Source: Chrysomallon squamiferum (taxonomy: Eukaryota > Animalia > Mollusca). Taken from it: a stretch of 64,000 nt of DNA. The notes beneath the pieces were generated by a model. It saw only the letters and a program-made list of their open reading frames with translations, was not told the DNA's origin and did no database searches. Where the stretch lies: positions 35,464,001-35,528,000 of the forward strand of contig CM022665.1 in the NCBI GenBank assembly GCA_012295275.1, in the 5' to 3' direction. The translations under genes were made by a program, and so were the position numbers. Positions 25,421-37,398 of this stretch are shown in pieces. How positions within the stretch are numbered: position 1 is the stretch's first letter; each line of letters opens with the position of its first letter.

Positions 25421-28400
25421 AACTACTACTACTATAGCTACTATACCACTACTACTACCACTACTACTACTAATAATAAAATAACCACACCATAAACAAC
25501 CAACAAAAGCAGTAGTAACAACAACAACAACAACAACAATAACAACAATAATAATAATAATAATAGTAAGAAGAAGAAGAAGAGATAATAAATAGCTAAA
25601 ATAGATTTTCATTACTCTTTTAAATTTCTTATCGATTATATAACAGTAGAAATACATAACTGAACTGTACCAATGACAAACGAAAAAATGAAGGCATGAG
25701 TTAATTTTGGATGTAAATTATTTCATTTCTAGAGGAAGCGAAATAATAATGAATTTGCTCGCTTTTAAAGATTCAACCGAATTGTCCCCCCTGGGAAATT
25801 CTCTCGAAAGTAAAACAAACAATTCATTGACTCAATTGCTCGAACGATAAAAAGGAAATGATTTTGTTTTCTTGAATAAAATAAGTATTGCTTATAGATT
25901 GTTCATATATATTATTTTCCTACCCATTGATATACGTCTTTAGTTTACATTTTATGAATGCTTATTTGAAAGTCTACGTAGTCGGTTTTCAAAAGCCCGT
26001 AATATGATATTGCATACATAGATCATAGGAGAGTCACGTTTACCTGCCTATTCGCTTTTTTTCATCTAATCTGTAACGGTTAGGCCGCTATTTGCTATTC
26101 AGGTATATTACTTTGGCTGATCAGTTTATTTTATTATCTCTTTATCTTCAGTTATGAATGCGTTAATAGGACACCTAACATAAAACAGTGCAATAAAATG
26201 GCTTATAATGTTTTATTCTTTTATGTTATATTTATTACCTGTAAGCTTTTGATGTTTTTAGTATTTTACATTTCTCGACATTTTTGAGTATTTTAATGTA
26301 ATATATATATATATATATGTAGATGTATATGTATATTAAAAACAGTTTTTCAAAAGCATAGTTTTTCATGCATTCAGTGTAAGAAGAGAGCATGACACGT
26401 ATACAGGGTGGTACAGCCATTTCTGATTAAGAACTCCTGATCTAAGGCATCTTTAAATATTGTTAGACAATTTCAGTGTATCATGGTTTTCATTATTATT
26501 TATGATAATTATAAAATCACTGGTTTCGAATATAGCGAATATAAATTACCTTTAAATAAAATATCGGCTTTGCTGTCTCGAATGACTTGAGTTTCGCCTT
26601 CCTGGGGTACAATATTTTTTAACGTCTGGAATCCATTCTGAATAATAATAAACAATATTATTAATTTTTCATTAAAGTTAATTAATTTCTCCGAGTTGAT
26701 TTTAATTCAGTTTATTACCTTTCTTCCTTCTTTTTATGATTTCTTGTATAATGATGGTAGGAGATAAAAATAAATAAATAAATAAAAAAAATACACCCCC
26801 CCAAAAAAAAAACCCACATGAAAACAAAAACAAAACCAAAAAAAAAAAAAAGAACCAACCCGAAACAAATACTTCCCCAACCCTCCCCATAAAAATAAAA
26901 AATAAAATAAAATAAAATTAATAATAATAATACGGAATATAAAAATAAAAGGTAAAAATCCTCTTGAGAATTTAATGATACCAGAGTGCCCACAGTTACG
27001 TTTTAGAAATTCATTTTATCTAATAACTTATTTTTGATAATGGAATTATTTCGTTAAACTGGACTTTGCCATCACTAGATTGGAAATTCTGTTAGATTAA
27101 AATCAACATTAAATTGTGTCAGCATTGGACAAACGTCTTTGACAGCATGAGAGGTTTTATTCAGTTTTATTAACTATGCGATCTCTACCATCCGTATTTG
27201 AGAAAATCGTTAGGTGACAACATGACAGTTTTTATGGAGTATTACTAACTATGCGATCTTGAGAAAATCATTATATCAAATCTCCGGAGAGTATATTTTT
27301 CATACCATTTTACAAAATCAAGTGAAGAAATTCATATCTTCTCAATTTTGTTTATATATATCTATATAAAAAAAATATTTTGTTGTTGCAATATTCTTCA
27401 CAGGTCGAAAAAAATAAAAGAAAAAAGATTTATATTTCAAATGATATACAGAAGAATGTCCATTATAATTTAATATTTTTAATATGATGGCTATTTTGTT
27501 CTTTAAATACTGGGTAGAAGTGGTAGTAAATGTTGGAAGTTTGACAATATTTAACTGACAACATGTTACGTGATTTCTGTATTAACTGACATGTTACGTG
27601 GTTCCTCTATTAACTGACAACATGTTACGTGGTTCCTCTATTAACTGACAACATGTTACGTGGTTCCTCTATTAACTGACAACATGTTTCGTGGTTCCTG
27701 TATTAACTGACAACATGTTACGTGATTTCTGTATTAACTGACATGTTACGTGGTACCTGTATTAACTGACGACATGTTTCGTGGTTCTTGTATTAACTAA
27801 CAACATGTTACGTGGTTCCTCTATTAACTGACAACATGTTACATGGTTCCTGTATTAACTGACGACATGTTACGTGGTACCTGTATTAACTAACGACATG
27901 TTACGTGGTTCCTCTATTAACTGACAACATGTTACGTGGTTCTTGTATTAACTAACAACATGTTACGTGATTTCTGTATTAACTGACATGCTACGTGGTT
28001 CCTCTATTAACTGACAACATGTTACGTGGTTCTTGTATTAACTGACAACATGTTACGTGGTACCTGTATTAACTGACGACATGTTACGTGGTTCCTCTAT
28101 TAACTGACAACATGTTACGTGGTTCTTGTATTAACTGACAACATGTTACGTGGTTCTTGTATTAACTGACAACATGTTACGTGGTTCTTGTATTAACTGA
28201 CAACATGTTACGTGGTACCTGTATTAACTGACGACATGTTACGTGGTTCCTCTATTAACTGACAACATGTTACGTGGTTCTTGTATTAACTGACAACATA
28301 TTACGTGGTTCTTGTATTAACTGACAACATGTTACGTGGTACCTGTATTAACTGACGACATGTTACGTGGTTCCTCTATTAACTGACAACATGTTACGTG

Positions 28401-29267
28401 GTTCCTCTATTAACTGACAACATGTTACGTGGTTCTTGTATTAACTGACAACATGTTACGTGGTTCCTCTATTAACTGACAACATGTTACGTGGTTCCTC
28501 TATTAACTGACAACATGTTACGTGGTTCCTCTATTAACTGACAACATGTTACGTGGTTCTTGGACAACATATTACGTGGTTCTTGTATTAACTGACAACA
28601 TGTTACGTGGTACCTGTATTAACTGACGACATGTTACGTGGTTCCTCTATTAACTGACAACATGTTACGTGGTTCCTCTATTAACTGACAACATGTTACG
28701 TGGTTCTTGTATTAACTGACAACATGTTACGTGGTTCCTCTATTAACTGACAACATGTTACGTGGTTCCTCTATTAACTGACAACATGTTACGTGGTTCC
28801 TCTATTAACTGACAACATGTTACGTGGTTCTTGTATTAACTGACAACATGTTACGTGGTTCCTCTATTAACTGACAACATGTTACGTGGTTCCTCTATTA
28901 ACTGACAACATGTTACGTGGTTCCTCTATTAACTGACAACATATTACGTGGTTCTTGTATTAACTGACGACATGTTACGTGGTTCCTCTATTAACTGACA
29001 ACATGTTACGTGGTTCTTGTATTAACTAACAACATGTTACGTGGTTCCTCTATTAACTGACAACATCTTTCGTGGTTCCTGTATCATATTATATGGTACC
29101 TGTATTTTTCCACGTCTCCTGTGCTCTGCGTTGATGTGCGATTCTCTCTTATGTCTTGGAATAGGATTTCTTGGCCGCCCACATTTTCTTTTCACTTTTA
29201 ATGTCGTAGAGTGGACTGTCTTTGTAGAGGACGACGACGACGACGAAGAATCTGGAAACAGCGACAT
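23033..29267 (-). CDS. Mondo/ChREBP (MLXIP/MLXIPL)-like bHLH-Zip-DCD transcription factor, paralog B (spliced, ~350 aa from ATG 29267)
   Basis: Exons 29100-29273, 26550-26637, 25081-25180, 24561-24678, 24017-24146 and 23033-23481; all introns GT-AG and in frame. Internal exon sizes 88/100/118/130 are identical to paralog A. Confidence 0.9.
24017..24146 (-). CDS. Paralog B exon: DCD domain
   Basis: TCCCAG|TTCAGT...GAACAT|GTAAGT; 130 nt; 34 of 43 residues identical to the paralog A exon. Confidence 0.92.
24147..24560 (-). other. U12-type (minor spliceosome) GT-AG intron, paralog B
   Basis: 5' splice site GTATCCTTT starting at 24560; branch-site-like TTCTTTAAC (24165-24157) 10 nt before the exon. 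Confidence 0.9.
24561..24678 (-). CDS. Paralog B exon: start of DCD domain
   Basis: TTAACAG|GTTAGA...TGGATT|GTATCCTTT; 118 nt; ends DRKRKNWKFWI. Confidence 0.92.
25081..25180 (-). CDS. Paralog B exon: helix 2/leucine zipper
   Basis: ACACAG|CCGTGG...ATCGA|GTAAGT; 100 nt; AVEHSKKLQAEYNEQRKKINELCEEIHHLKTAI. Confidence 0.92.
26550..26637 (-). CDS. Paralog B exon: helix 1-loop-helix 2
   Basis: ATTCAG|AATGGA...TTTAAAG|GTAATT; 88 nt; NGFQTLKNIVPQEGETQVIRDSKADILFK. Confidence 0.92.
27548..29084. repeat. 31-bp minisatellite, about 50 copies, in paralog B intron
   Basis: Unit TATTAACTGACAACATGTTACGTGGTTCCTC with TCTTG/TACCTG variants and a few 28-bp units. Confidence 0.98.
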
Positions 29268-29273
29268 TGGTTC
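29100..29273 (-). CDS. Paralog B exon: N-terminus, AT-hook-like motif, basic region/helix 1
   Basis: TTTCCAG|GAACCAATG...AATACAG|GTACCA; 174 nt; KRKCGRPRNPIPRHKRESHINAEHRRRGKIQ. Confidence 0.9.
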
Positions 29274-29319
29274 CTGGAAAAAAACCCAAAAAAAACCCAT
29301 TTATAATAATGTTGACGAA

Positions 29320-29386
<67 letters not shown>

Positions 29387-29457
29387 GTGATGATAATGAT
29401 AATAATCGAATAATAATGGAGATGATGATGATGACTGTAGTAGTAGTAGCAGTAGTA

Positions 29458-29490
<33 letters not shown>

Positions 29491-29656
29491 CTTGCAATGA
29501 TAATAATGATATCAAGATAATAATAACATTACACAGAAAATTAGTAGATACATAAAAAATTCTATAGGACCTACAAAATAAAATGAAGTGTCAGACGAAA
29601 TCCTATTTTAAAATTTTTATACGTATCGTAAAGAAATACAAAAAATAAATAAATAA

Positions 29657-29707
<51 letters not shown>

Positions 29708-29886
29708 CATAATAGTAATAACAACAACAGTAATAATAATAATAATAATAATATTTTTTTTAGATTAAAACTGATACTGCTTCAAGCATTAAAGATATTA
29801 ATATAATAATTTTAGTAAAGTAATAATAACAATTAACGCTTGTTTAAACCACCGCAGAACGTCAAGTTAATGACGATTATTACGTA

Positions 29887-29928
<42 letters not shown>

Positions 29929-30724
29929 TTATAACGATGATACAATAAAGGAAACCCGTTGCCCCTACTTCATGGGTTATCAGCTAACAAAAATGAATAT
30001 TCTCACTGGCAGGGTAACACAGTCTCTGACGTTAAATAATCGAACTGTGGGTAATGATTGGAATGGGTGATATAAAAAGAAAATTTTTAATCTGTCTCTA
30101 TAATTTTAAACTGGGAGCTACAGTCATCTCATTAATTTTAATGAAAATTTTAATAATAAACCGAGATGAAAACAACAACAACAACAGCAATCACAATTTG
30201 CCACCCAAAATAATCAACAGCAACCAACAAACAAATAATAAAAAAAAACCCCAAAACCACAAACCATTCCCAACAAAACAAAAACCTAACATTTTAAAGC
30301 TATTGATTCTTATTACAATAACGATCAAATCTTTATATCAATGTCTAATTGCTTAAGGTCACACAGAGGAGATATATGTACATATTTTAAGAGCCATTAG
30401 CTAATTTACTAACACTTCTATATTGCTTTGAGATTTCTGGATTGTTCACGGATACAGCAGCGAAAAATAAATGGGGAAGAAATTATGTGCACAAGGTCAC
30501 TGCTATGAAACCGAATTCGTTACTTTTGACAGTACTGGGGCAGGCAGGTTCGTTTGGCAAGTCTACAAGAACATGGGCTAATGTCCACTTAATTGAAGTG
30601 TCTCGTTTATCACTAAGTTGTGGTTTTACTGTGAAGATTATACTTAGTGAAACTTCGTGAATTTGTATTGTTAATTGTGTGTTTATTCTTTTTCTTTCTC
30701 AAATTCATTTTAATATTTGTTGGT

Positions 30725-30834
<110 letters not shown>

Positions 30835-31416
30835 GTATGTTTGAGGATACATAGCACGTTAACTCATAATATCATCTGTGTATTTATATATAAAACACAA
30901 TATATATATACACTAAGCAGAAACATACTTAGAGATCAACGTGAATACACATACACACACACATACTCTTAGACAGAGACCAACGTGAACATACACATAT
31001 ACATACCAATGTCACAGAAATGGATAAATTACTTACATAAATCCTTATATGTATATTCATAACATGAAACTGCGAATGTAAGGAAAAATTTAATTCTTAT
31101 GATGATTTTGAAGATGTTAGGGAAAAACGATGACATGAAATGAAATGTTGAAAATAAAGCTGTTGTGAAAAGTTTGTTTTGTTATGTAATGATGTAAAAA
31201 AATCTCCGTCATGTAATTAGGGTTTACTGGGTATTACTTCGTAAACAGAAAAATTGATTTAAATGCATTACGCCGTATAAAAACAACAGTATTTATGAGA
31301 TTATAATTATCTAATTACTGTAGAACCGATACGTATTAAAAGATAAAATAAAATAAATAAAATAAAATAAAATAAAATAAAATAAAATAAAATAAAATAA
31401 TGTATGTATGTATGTC

Positions 31417-31660
31417 CATGGCCGTAACTAGACTCTTTTTGAAATGAGGCAAAAACACTTAATCACAAAACAGTTTGAGCGAGGGGTCTGGGGGCTTCAA
31501 AAGGTAGCCGTAGACACAAACGAATTCATTCAGTGGATATCGTTTCTATCGGAATAGAGATTTATATTTTATATTTTTAAAATAAAATCTGTGTATAAAA
31601 TAATACATAAATAAAAATAAAAATCGTCAGTTTCGGTGCCTCAATGTAGTTACGGTCATG
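31417..31660. mobile_element. MITE (non-autonomous DNA transposon, hAT-like), 244 bp
   Basis: 14-bp TIRs CATGGCCGTAACTA / TAGTTACGGTCATG (13/14 match); internal inverted repeat TGAGGCA/TGCCTCA; flanking 5-bp direct repeat ATGTC. Confidence 0.75.
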
Positions 31661-32286
31661 ATGTCGTGTATGTCAATATAACACATACACAGACAAACAC
31701 ACACACATCCGGGTATCCGACATAAAGAGGACTTACAAGTGGCTGGTGAAATAAAATTGTCGGAACATGCGGAAATCAAGTATATGAAATAAAAGCAAAC
31801 TGCAGTCTGAAGCAGAATCCGCTATTCAGTATGCAACCATTATATACAGTAATATATATTTTTACTGCAACAGCTTCAGTTAATTAACCAAATATATCCT
31901 TTTAAGTTACATATGGGTTACAGACAATGCATAAATACACATTATAAATTCCACATTATATTTAACGACTGAAACAAAAGATCACGTTCGCAGATGGTGC
32001 GTCACAACTGACTAGTATCTCAATAAATAGAAATAACGACACGGATCTGAAACAACCCACGTCACGCCGGATAAAGTAGGCAGATTAATAATCAACATAT
32101 GCACATACGTATATGTACATAGAATTTTAAAGTTTTTTATTAAAAATTTTTTATTTATGTAAAGTTTGATTAACTCCATATAAGAATATACGTACTACGT
32201 ACATATATACAATCATACACATCTAAATTCGAACACATACATATTTACATATATACAAATATCGATAAGCACTCTCTCTCATTCTG

Positions 32287-32364
<78 letters not shown>

Positions 32365-32658
32365 TAAGCATACATACACACACGCACATGTTCACATATA
32401 TTTATATATACACACACATACATTTACATATAGATAGAAACACTCAGAAATAAACAGGAAACAAACACAATATACATATGTAAATACACGAACTCACACA
32501 TATGTATGTACATATAAACACAAATACATATCAAAACATACATACACATGCAAATATACATCAAGACAACAATCCAGCCATATATCCGTATAAATGAACA
32601 CAAAACAAGCAAACACAGTTATACATTAAGCGAGATTTAAGTAAAATTACATACTCAC

Positions 32659-32810
32659 ATATCTAAGTTAGTTCAAACATATGGATAATCCAGTGACAGT
32701 TGACAACACACTTCCAGTGCCGCCCTTTTAAAACCGTTTTAAATTATCGGAGCGGATCTGACTGCCAATACGATAGTGCATCACGTCTCACGTTTTAAGT
32801 CGGCCTATCA
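32659..32810 (-). promoter_or_regulatory. Candidate promoter and non-coding first exon of paralog B
   Basis: Locally CpG-rich; CCAAT, GGGCGG and TTTAAAA motifs; consensus donor TAT|GTGAGT at 32658. Inference only. Confidence 0.3.
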
Positions 32811-32904
32811 GACATACCATCACGATTTGCTGTGGCTTCTTAACATAATGCGATTACAAATGTACTATCTGTCTTCACTGTTATTCGAAGATTATCATGC
32901 ATGC

Positions 32905-33290
32905 TGTGACGATGATGATGATGATGATAATAATAATAATAATAATAATGATTATGATGATTATAATAATAACAACAATAACAATAATAATAATACCAAT
33001 AACGATGATGATGATAGCAATAATAATAATAATGACGATGATAATTATGATTATGATGATGATAATAATAACTAATAATAATAACAATAACGATGATGAT
33101 AATAATGGTGATGATAGCAGTAATGATAATACTAATGGTGATGATGATTATGATGATGATAGTAACAACAACAACAGTAATAATAACATAACAATGATGA
33201 TGATGATAGCAATAATAATAATAAATATAATAAAAATGGTTTTGGTAATGTTAACAATAATTACGATTACAAAATTAACGTGAACCACAT
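32905..33290. repeat. Degenerate (GAT/AAT/AAC)n trinucleotide tract
   Basis: Direct reading; source of spurious poly-D/N/I ORFs. Confidence 0.9.
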
Positions 33291-33772
33291 CAAGAACAAC
33301 AACTACTACCATCAGCACTACTGTTTTTAATAGCTATCATCACTACCATTTCTTACTAGTACCAATAATGATAACTTATATTATTTTCACGATTTTTTAA
33401 AACAGTAGCAAAACTTTTATTACTCATTAGAAATGTATTTTATTCTCTTTAAAGCAGTTATTTTATTGGTAACTCCAGTAACGACTGAACGAAGCAACTG
33501 AAGTCTACAAACTGATAGCTTTGGGCGAGTGATTCGCGGACACGAGGTCTGTGAGCGAGCGGATTTATGGTTGAATGCACTGTGGGAAAAGCAGATATAA
33601 TCAATCATCTGTTTCAAACATGCAATTTCAGCAGCCTGGGTTGTCTGCTCATGAACGTATCAGTACTTGTATATCATTAGACAAAAAATAAAAAAATAAA
33701 AAAAATAAAAAAATAAAAATAAAATAGTTATACAAAAAAATAATTATAAAAAAATAAAAAATAATTTTAAAA

Positions 33773-33803
<31 letters not shown>

Positions 33804-35394
33804 TTATTTCTACTATTGTAATTATGTTTTTTATTTTTTATTTTATACATTTAGCGTCTCGAAGTCTCTATAACAGTGTCACTTTAAAAAAGATTTATTT
33901 ATGTGTATATATGTTGAAAAAATAATACAGCGTCCAAACAAAACGCTATAATGCAACTTATTTGCTGGTTTGTTAAATTTAAAATTAATATTAACAAATG
34001 GTATCAGGTTTAAGAAGCTGGCCTGCTTTGCAGTCGTGGGTGTATCTGGTCTGGTTTTAGCTTAAAATGTAAGTACGTACGTGCATACATACATACGTAA
34101 CATACATATACACACACATAACATACACATATACAGATATAACATATACACACATGCATGCACATACATATACATGCACAAGTAAATGCTTACCTGAATG
34201 TAGATACATACGCACATATCTCTCATATTATATTATATCAAAAAATTTCTACATTGCCATACGATATACGTACACTGTATACTAAACTAAATTAGCTTAC
34301 CTCAGATAAACCTTGCACCTGTCTGGTTACCTGTAATCACATTCTTACTGAGGTAAATTCCTTGCTGGAAGAAAACACCTAAACTTGCGATTTTTTTTAT
34401 TTTTTTTTTGGTGGTCAACGCAACCTCGTCTGTCAACAAAATTTATGCAGTACTTTGGACTTTAAGTTGCAATGACAGTGACAGATGTAAAATGTTATCA
34501 CGGAAATACGTCAACACCTATTGTAAAAAGAAAATTATAAAGTAGCTTGTTTTACGCTTACGTAAATATCGTAACAAAAGATTCGTAAAGATTCTTGGAA
34601 ACAAAGCAATATAAATAACTGCCTTCTGGACTTCGTCTTCAATAAAGATACGGTTCTGAATGCAGCAGTTACCAAAACGGTCTGAATCTATGGTTAAAGA
34701 AAGGCAATAAGATACGCGCAAAATCGTAAATTTAAAATTTTTATCTTTTCGAATATCTGAGTTGCAGTTAACATCAGTACAATACCATGGGTAGGTAAGG
34801 TCATATTTTCACTTGAAAGCTTTAAGAACCCGGGATGGAAACAAATTTAAAGATAAATGGAAGAATTAAGTGAAATTATATTTAATTTTGTAGTCATAAA
34901 GGAAATAATATTCAGTCGTGTAATAATAAAGAAAAACAGAAAAGAAGGTCAAAATTGATGGAAAGAGAAAATGAAATAAATACGTTGATGTGAAAAGAGT
35001 TTAAATGAGAGAAATTATAAAAAATAAAAAACAAGTAAAAACATAAATATTTGTAAACCGTTATTTTCGTGCTGCGAAAGAGTTTTTAACAGCAATAATA
35101 ATAAAACGCTTGCTAAAAAAATGAATAGTTATTTCTCAGTTATTCTTTTACTTTCTCAAATAAAGATGGTGGTAGTGTTAATTAGAAGCAAGTGACGTTT
35201 TTACTGGATTTTCCTGTTTTACGTTGCTAACACGTGACACTGGGGTGTAATTTCATGTGCTCGCCGAGGAGGTTTGATCCAAAACCCCATCATCATTCAG
35301 TTCTGTGCTTTAACAGCACAGTCAGAGTCTGTTCTTTCAGTGGTATCAGTGTGGTTTTGGAAGAAAAGACAAGTAGATTGTTTAATATACAGTT

Positions 35395-35690
35395 TTAAAT
35401 AAGACAAATCTTGTAAACATGTTCTCAGTTCAGCAACAAATATTAAATAAATTCTATAATATACAACAAAAAAAAATGTGTAAAATCTTCTCAGGTCACT
35501 TAGAAACGACTTAGTAAATTTCACGATATACAAATCCAAAAAAGAAATCTTCGTAATTGCTTTGGATATCGCTAAGTAAATTCTACACAAAATAAAATCT
35601 TCTCAGGGGAGTTTGAAACCTCTAAGTAAATCTGCGATAAATAAGACAAAATAAAATTTCAGCTCATTTAGAAACCACTAAGTTTTCTGA
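35395..35690. repeat. Degenerate ~55-65-bp tandem repeat
   Basis: Recurring AAAATCTTCTCAGG...TAGAAAC.ACTAAGTAAAT-like motif, 4-5 copies. Confidence 0.6.
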
Positions 35691-36734
35691 GTTGTGTTAC
35701 AAACCATTAAATATTGTCTATGATGTACGACCTAAGTAGAAACTGTAAATAGAATAATGTGCCATAAATATCAATAAAACAACTTTCTTTTTCAGTCTGG
35801 TTGTTTTGTTTTTTAAACTCTTTTTATTTTTGTCATTTGCTAAGTCAGATGTGTTTATAACTGTTTTCTTACGGTGTGACTGATGTAACGTAGCAAGTAA
35901 TAAGACAGGTGTGAATCAAATACATTTGTTTCTGTCTGTTCTCTTTCTCAGACATTTGTTTTGCTGTAAGTAAACTCAAGGTAGTTAATTTGTATCAGTT
36001 CATGAGAATTTGGTGTGGAGTTCCCATATAAAATGAAAGTTTGCATTATATAGCTGCCTTTATGAATTTATATTTATTTAATGAACCGATACATCCACAC
36101 CAGACAGGCACAAGCACACGCATAAAAGCGCGCACGCGCAAAAACACTCAGAGTAAGACATCACAGCTAATTATTTATAATAGACACTAAAGTAGAACAA
36201 TATATATCGCGACATTTGACTTTGGTACAGGTTTGAACAAGAAATAGCTAACCGACGAAATACTCAGATTCATGTTTATGTTGCAGGACATAACGCTTTT
36301 CGTTAAAAGTATTTTGAATTTATTACATATAAATAAATAACTGGTAATTAAATGTTTTACAATTCTTCGACACGAATAATATATGAGGCTGTGGCTGCTA
36401 AACATAAACACATTTGTATATAAATTGTGTTTAATATGTATGTTTATGTCTGGGTTTGTGTGTGTGTGTGTTTATGTGCGTCTGTGTGTACATGTGTGTG
36501 TAAGATCTGATCTGTTGTTAAATGAAAACTTTACATACATGAAAGTGTACCGGAAATATCTTCGCGTATCAGCTTATTACACTGCTTACTTGCCAGCATG
36601 AATATGCATGTTTAATTTATACAGAATTAATACCACAGAATGACGAATCATATAAGAATATTCAAACATACATACACACATAGATACATACATAAACACA
36701 TACACACATACATTTACATGCAAGAACAGACATC

Positions 36735-36801
<67 letters not shown>

Positions 36802-37363
36802 CAACAACAACAATAATAATAATAATTTATAAATACCATTTGTCTTCAATTCGGTTCGTAAGCACCCTGCCCCCCAGACAACTAATGTGAAAATCATTTA
36901 TTTCTTAGTAGAAATATTTATCTAACGATATTATCAGTCTCTTACCTCGAGCATATTTCAGTTACCGTATGCTTTTCATTCTTTACAGAAAAATTGAAAT
37001 ATAGATAATGTAAATCGTACGTAATTGGCGACAGGGATGTTGGTCAGTTTAGATCTAGGTCAACAGAATTAAGTCAAAAGACAAATAGTTTGGTATCTGA
37101 GCGACGGTGTCTTCCACGTGGTCAACTACAACCTGTGTATACAGGCGTCACACAAAATAACGTATCTTCGTTAATAACCCTGTAACGATTTGTCAATATT
37201 GTTCTCAAGCAAAGGAATGCAGTAAACCGATTTTATTCATACAACATGAAGTGTACGTTATTTCAATATTTTAAATATATAGCAATACGCAGATTTACAT
37301 ACACACACAAATAAACACACGCATACAGATATACACTAGTAATGCAAACAAAGGCACACACGC

Positions 37364-37398
<35 letters not shown>

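Noticed and set aside
27548-29084. CRISPR-like appearance of the 31-bp array
   Set aside because: Units are contiguous with no unique spacers, there are no cas genes, and the context is a spliceosomal intron.
31737-31806. AG/GT-bounded segment as an upstream coding exon of paralog B
   Set aside because: A stop lies in the required frame and its ATG is out of phase; at most a UTR exon, which cannot be supported without RNA data.
34297-34356. TTACCTCAG/CTGAGGTAA inverted repeat as a possible pre-miRNA
   Set aside because: Only a 9-bp stem with a poorly paired interior and no recognisable miRNA.
35231-37121. Perfect E-boxes CACGTG (35231) and CCACGTGG (37114) upstream of paralog B
   Set aside because: Isolated hexamers expected by chance; no ChoRE-type pair spaced by 5 bp.
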